Assembly: GCA_963765675.1 (NCBI GenBank)
Contig: CAVXXK010000007.1
Span: 40,297 to 104,296, forward strand
Origin: an uncultured delta proteobacterium
GTDB taxonomy: Bacteria; Desulfobacterota; Binatia; Binatales; Binataceae
Direction: 5' to 3'
Length of the DNA: 64,000 bases
The position numbers were made by a program, and so were the translations under genes. Below, piece by piece: positions 59,747-64,000 of this stretch. Every line of letters begins with the position of its first letter. Within the stretch, counting starts at the first letter, position 1. Under the pieces are notes generated by a model. The model made no database searches and was not told where the DNA came from. It saw only the letters and a program-made list of their open reading frames with translations.

Positions 59747-60805
59747 CTAATTCGCGCGATGTTCACCGCCCGGGCGTTGCGTAGGGGCCCGCTCGGGGGT
59801 GCGCTTGAGCGCCAGGATTGCGCGCTTGTGTTCGTCGAACGTTTTGGAAAACACGTGCGTTCCGTCGTCGCGCGCCACGAAATAGAGGTAGCCGGAAGAC
59901 GCAGGATACAGCGCGGCCTCGATTGAGCTAAGGCCGGGATTGGCGATCGGTCCCGGCGGAAGACCTGCGCGCTCGTACGTGTTGAACGCGCTCGGAGTTC
60001 GCACCGCGGCTGCGGCCGACCCGGCTCCATCGAGACTATACTCAGCAGTCGGATCGGATTGAAGCGGCATCCCGATTCGCAAGCGGTTGTAGAACACGCC
60101 CGCAATCAGCCCGCGCTCACCCGGCACCTTGGCTTCCTTTTCGATAATCGAAGCCATCGTGACCGTCGAGCGCGCGTCCAACCCGAGCTCGAACATCCGC
60201 TCTTCGACCGCGGGCGTCAGTACCCGGTAGAAGCGCGTCAGCATCGCGATCAATATTCCGTCGACCGTGATACGAGGCGAGAATTTATAGGTTGCGGGGA
60301 ACAGGTATCCCTCGGCTCCCAGCGGCATCAACCCCAGCGCGCGCACGATTTTGCCCCGCAAGGCGGCGTCCTCGAACTCCGTCTGGCACACCAACCCCGC
60401 GGCCGATAGCCGCTCGGCTACCTGATGCACAGTGAGTCCTTCAGGAATGACGATTGTCACGACGATAAAATCGCCCGCCACGAGATGACGCATCACGTCG
60501 GGAATCCGCTCGCCGCCGTGGAACGCGTAGTCTCCGGGCTTTATCCGGCGCGCGTCGCCGGTCGCCTCGCCGTACAGCAGCATCGCCGTGCCGCTGCGCA
60601 CGACGCCCGCGTCAGCCAGAGCTCGCGCGACCGCGCGAAACGACTCGCCCTGAGTGATGGTGAGCATCCGCGGCGGAGCGAATACCTCGGTTGGTGAGAG
60701 CCAGTAGAAGTTGAACGCGAGGACGCCCGCGCCGATCGCTGCGGCTAAAATGATCAGTCCGAGCAGTTTTCCAAGGCGTCGCATCTGGCGCGATGCCTTT
60801 ATCAT
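59747..60805 (-). CDS. mltG: Endolytic transglycosylase MltG
   Basis: EGYLFPATY, ASIIEKE, NRLRIGMPLQSDPT, GLPPGPIANPG, YLYFV. Confidence 0.95.
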   Translation of the reverse strand: MIKASRQMRRLGKLLGLIILAAAIGAGVLAFNFYWLSPTEVFAPPRMLTITQGESFRAVARALADAGVVRSGTAMLLYGEATGDARRIKPGDYAFHGGERIPDVMRHLVAGDFIVVTIVIPEGLTVHQVAERLSAAGLVCQTEFEDAALRGKIVRALGLMPLGAEGYLFPATYKFSPRITVDGILIAMLTRFYRVLTPAVEERMFELGLDARSTVTMASIIEKEAKVPGERGLIAGVFYNRLRIGMPLQSDPTAEYSLDGAGSAAAAVRTPSAFNTYERAGLPPGPIANPGLSSIEAALYPASSGYLYFVARDDGTHVFSKTFDEHKRAILALKRTPERAPTQRPGGEHRAN

Positions 60806-60856
60806 GGCCCGGGGAGGGCCGTCACGCTCTGGGGAAATTTTACGCGCCGTAGCGCT

Positions 60857-61288
60857 CTAGGCTTTTTCCAGTTCAAGCGCCTGCGGATGAGCCTCGATCC
60901 ATCCCTCCAGGATGACGGTGGCGGCAACCGAATCCAGCGTCGCTTTACGCCGCTTGCCGCTTGCGGATGACTTCATGCGCTCGCCCGCCTCGAAGCTCGA
61001 GAGCCGCTCGTCCTGAAAATCGACCGGCAACCCCAGATGCGCCCCCAGCCGGGCCGCGAATGTTCGCGCAGCGCGAGCGATAGGGCCCTCGCTTCCGTCC
61101 ATGCTAAGCGGCAGGCCTACAACGATCCGGGTGACCTGGCGGTCGGCGAGGCGATGCTCGATATCGGCGAGATCCAGCGCAATCGACCGTCGTTCTACGG
61201 TGCCTAACGGATAGGCACCGGCCGTTCCGGGGCCGCTGATCGCCAGTCCGATGCGCTTTTTTCCGAAATCAATAGCAACAATAGTCAT
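60857..61288 (-). CDS. ruvX: YqgF/RuvX RNase H-like nuclease
   Basis: AIDFGKKRIGLA, VVGLPL, DERLSS, DSVAA.IL. Confidence 0.95.
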   Translation of the reverse strand: MTIVAIDFGKKRIGLAISGPGTAGAYPLGTVERRSIALDLADIEHRLADRQVTRIVVGLPLSMDGSEGPIARAARTFAARLGAHLGLPVDFQDERLSSFEAGERMKSSASGKRRKATLDSVAATVILEGWIEAHPQALELEKA

Positions 61289-61428
61289 CTTGTAGTGTTC
61301 CGTATGTTACCAGCCCGTCAGACTGACCGCTATCACGCCGGATGCTTGTGATAATAAATAACGCCAGTGGGTTGCTTTCGCTGACCGAATTGCTTAACGT
61401 GCCCGCAATGCGTTCTCGGGGGAGAACT

Positions 61429-62886
61429 GTGGATGGAATCTCGCGTGCACTGACCGCCTTGACGGTGGGAGTGCTCGTAACGATCGCGGCGCTGCATCTT
61501 TTTTTCCGCAGCGAGGCGGCGCAGCCCGTCTCTGGGCTTGAAGCCGTCGTCGCCGGGACCGATTCCGCCGTCGATCTGGCCGTGGCCGAGAGCGCCATCC
61601 CGGCGCCCACCGCGATCACGATTAGCACGACGCTGGATCGCTCGGCCTCCGTGGCAGCCTATCTCGAGGATGCGGGCGTGGACCGTGACGAAGCCCGCCG
61701 ATGGGCCGGAATCTTTCAGCAGGCGGCAGGATCTCGTTACTTCTACAAAGATCATCCCCTGACCCTCTATAAAGACCCCGAAACCGGCGAATTGCGTGGG
61801 TTCAAATACGACGTTGACCTGAAAACCTCGGTCACGGTTGCGAGTCTGGGCAATATGGTCCTGAAATCGCACGCCGCGCCGATCGAGTACTACCTGAAGC
61901 CGGTCAGGATGGCTTTCGCGGTCAAGGATAACTTCAAACGCGCCGCCGAGAAGCACGGGGTTCCAAGCCCGATCGTCGAGTCGCTGGAAAACGCCTTCGC
62001 CGACCGCCACGACCTCGATCGGCTGCGGCCTGGCTCGGCGGTGAAGCTGATCTATCGGGAAAAGGTCAGCCGCGACGGCACTTATCACCTGGTTGACGGG
62101 ATCGAAGCCGCGCAGATTCGCTTCGGCGGCCGAACCTTGCAGGCCTATGCGTTCCGCGACGAGCACGGCTCGCCTCATCTGTACGACGAAAAAGGCCACG
62201 CGCTGGGCGCCCAGTTCCTCCGCTTTCCGCTGAATTTCAAATACATATCGTCAGGCTTCTCGTTCCATCGGTATCATCCGCTGCTGCACATCTACCGTCC
62301 GCACGTCGGGGTCGATCTGGCCGCCGACTATGGGACCCCCGTCAAGGCTGTCGCCGACGGGCGCGTCGAGCAGGCCGGATGGGCCGGAGAGCTTGGCAAC
62401 AGTGTCCGGATCGAACACGAGCGCGGAATGACCAGCATTTACGGCCACATGCAGCGCATCAGCCCCGATATCCATCAGGGCTCCTACGTGCATATGGGTC
62501 AGGTTATAGGATTCGTGGGTTCGACCGGGCTTTCGACCGGGCCGCATCTGCACTTTGGGCTCGAGAAGCAGGGCACCTACGTCAATCCGCTGACCGAGAA
62601 GCTGGGGGTCAATCATCAGGTCTCGCCCCGGATGACCGCGCTGTTCGACAATATGAAAGAGCGCTACGAATCCGCATTGGCGAAGCTGCCCGACCTCGGC
62701 AACCATTTCGTCAGTGCCGACGCGCGCAAGCCGGCCATCTCCGAGTTCGGCGACATGTATCACGTGACCCTCGATCGCCCGGCCGCCAAAACCTCGCGCC
62801 TGCGGGGACGGCGCTATTCGAGGCGCTCTTCCCGTCACGGCAGCGTGATGCCGACCGCATCGACCGGCGCCGCCGGCGCGATGTAA
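61429..62886 (+). CDS. M23 family metallo-endopeptidase (MepM-like)
   Basis: N-terminal TM; HVGVDLAA..GTPV, YGHM, STGPHLHF; GTG start after GGGGAG. Confidence 0.93.
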   Translation: MDGISRALTALTVGVLVTIAALHLFFRSEAAQPVSGLEAVVAGTDSAVDLAVAESAIPAPTAITISTTLDRSASVAAYLEDAGVDRDEARRWAGIFQQAAGSRYFYKDHPLTLYKDPETGELRGFKYDVDLKTSVTVASLGNMVLKSHAAPIEYYLKPVRMAFAVKDNFKRAAEKHGVPSPIVESLENAFADRHDLDRLRPGSAVKLIYREKVSRDGTYHLVDGIEAAQIRFGGRTLQAYAFRDEHGSPHLYDEKGHALGAQFLRFPLNFKYISSGFSFHRYHPLLHIYRPHVGVDLAADYGTPVKAVADGRVEQAGWAGELGNSVRIEHERGMTSIYGHMQRISPDIHQGSYVHMGQVIGFVGSTGLSTGPHLHFGLEKQGTYVNPLTEKLGVNHQVSPRMTALFDNMKERYESALAKLPDLGNHFVSADARKPAISEFGDMYHVTLDRPAAKTSRLRGRRYSRRSSRHGSVMPTASTGAAGAM

Positions 62887-62944
62887 CTCGCGCCTGCGCG
62901 AAATCGAACCCAACCCGTAATCTCCTAAGACAGAGCAGTCCGCG

Positions 62945-63760
62945 ATGCGGCGCAGCCTCGACAGTGACTTCTTCAGCCCGGCGCCTCCGCGGATTTTCGC
63001 GCATCGCGGCGCCAGCGGCGAATTTCCGGAGAATACGATGGCTTCGTTCGAGGCGGCCGCGCGCCTCGGCGCCGAATACTTCGAGCTCGACGTGCATATG
63101 ACCCGCGACGGCGAGGTCGTTATCTCGCATGACAGCGACCTTTTGCGGCTGAGCGGCAGCGCCGGCGCGATCGCGGAGCTCACTCTCGCGCAAGTGCAGG
63201 CCGCCGACGCGGGCTACGCGTTCTCGCCCGACGGGGGAGCTACGTATCCATTTCGCGATCGCGGAATCAAAATCCCTGCTCTCGCCGAGTTGCTTGGCGC
63301 GTTCCCGAAAGGCCTCTTCAATATCGAACCCAAACAAATCGTTCCCAGCGTGATTCCGGCGCTACTCAAGGTGATCGATCGGGCCGGGATGCGCCGGCGC
63401 GTCCTGATAGCTGGCGAGCAACAGCCTCCGCTCGATGAGGTCCGCGCGCTCGCGCCGGGTGTGCCGACCAGTTTCCCCTACGGCGAAGTCGCGGAGTTCC
63501 TGCAGGCGATGGCGGCACACGAGACTGGCTACAAGCCGCGCGCCGACGCGCTGCAGATCCCGCCCGAGTACCAGGGATGGAAGCTCGTCACGCCCGAGAG
63601 CGTCGCATTCGCCCGCAGCCTCGGCGTCGAGGTTCACGTCTGGACGGTGAACGATCCCGCCGAAATGAACACGCTGCTCGATATTGGAGTAGCAGGAATA
63701 ATTACAGATTTCCCCGACCGCGGCCTCGCCGTCGCGCGTGCGCGAACTTCCGGACAATAA
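62945..63760 (+). CDS. Glycerophosphodiester phosphodiesterase
   Basis: AHRGAS..PENT, ELDV, HD, NIEPK, WTVND, IITDFP. Confidence 0.95.
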   Translation: MRRSLDSDFFSPAPPRIFAHRGASGEFPENTMASFEAAARLGAEYFELDVHMTRDGEVVISHDSDLLRLSGSAGAIAELTLAQVQAADAGYAFSPDGGATYPFRDRGIKIPALAELLGAFPKGLFNIEPKQIVPSVIPALLKVIDRAGMRRRVLIAGEQQPPLDEVRALAPGVPTSFPYGEVAEFLQAMAAHETGYKPRADALQIPPEYQGWKLVTPESVAFARSLGVEVHVWTVNDPAEMNTLLDIGVAGIITDFPDRGLAVARARTSGQ

Positions 63761-63884
63761 GCTCCGGCCACGGCGCACCTCTGATCCCTCTCTTGTTCTT
63801 TGAGACTGTGGATAATTGCCGCAACACGACATGTAATGATCGCCGAGACGCCGGGTCCTCCTAAGAAACATGATTGAGTTTTAG

Positions 63885-63932
63885 GTGGCACGGGCTTTAG
63901 CCTGTGGCCCGCACCGGCTAAGCCGGCGCCAC
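63885..63932. repeat. REP doublet of a second family
   Basis: GTGG-CACGGGCTTTAGCCTGTG plus an inverted copy GTGG-CGCCGGCTTAGCCGGTG. Confidence 0.6.
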
Positions 63933-64000
63933 TTAAAGCCCAGCACGGGTGCGAGGTTCACAAGCCGACTGCACTCACGCGCTTCCTTTCCGAGGATCCC

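Overview
A GC-rich bacterial chromosomal segment. Gene content and style are reminiscent of Candidatus Binatota / Deltaproteobacteria-like soil bacteria, which is inference only. It holds about 55 mostly metabolic and cell-envelope genes (acyl-CoA dehydrogenase, SDRs, methyltransferases, nth, pobA, ATP-dependent ligase, DacA-like carboxypeptidase, mltG, ruvX, M23 peptidase). Notable structure: (1) two complete, diverged five-gene MoxR-DUF58-vWA operons with identical gene order, ~35 kb apart in opposite orientation, one carrying a 1-nt frameshift; (2) an AT-richer candidate defence islet made of a wHTH+Mrr-like nuclease split by an IS3-family element and a PLD(HKD)-wHTH nuclease, with no methyltransferase; (3) a RAYT transposase flanked by four 26-nt REPs, with two more covarying copies ~26 kb away; (4) an apparently circularly permuted alkaline-phosphatase-superfamily enzyme; (5) a cyclase-STAND-TPR gene with a C-terminal frameshift, followed by a second AT-richer islet (wHTH-like protein and trypsin-like protease). 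No rRNA, tRNA or CRISPR array was seen. All family calls come from motif recognition by eye; no database searches were run.
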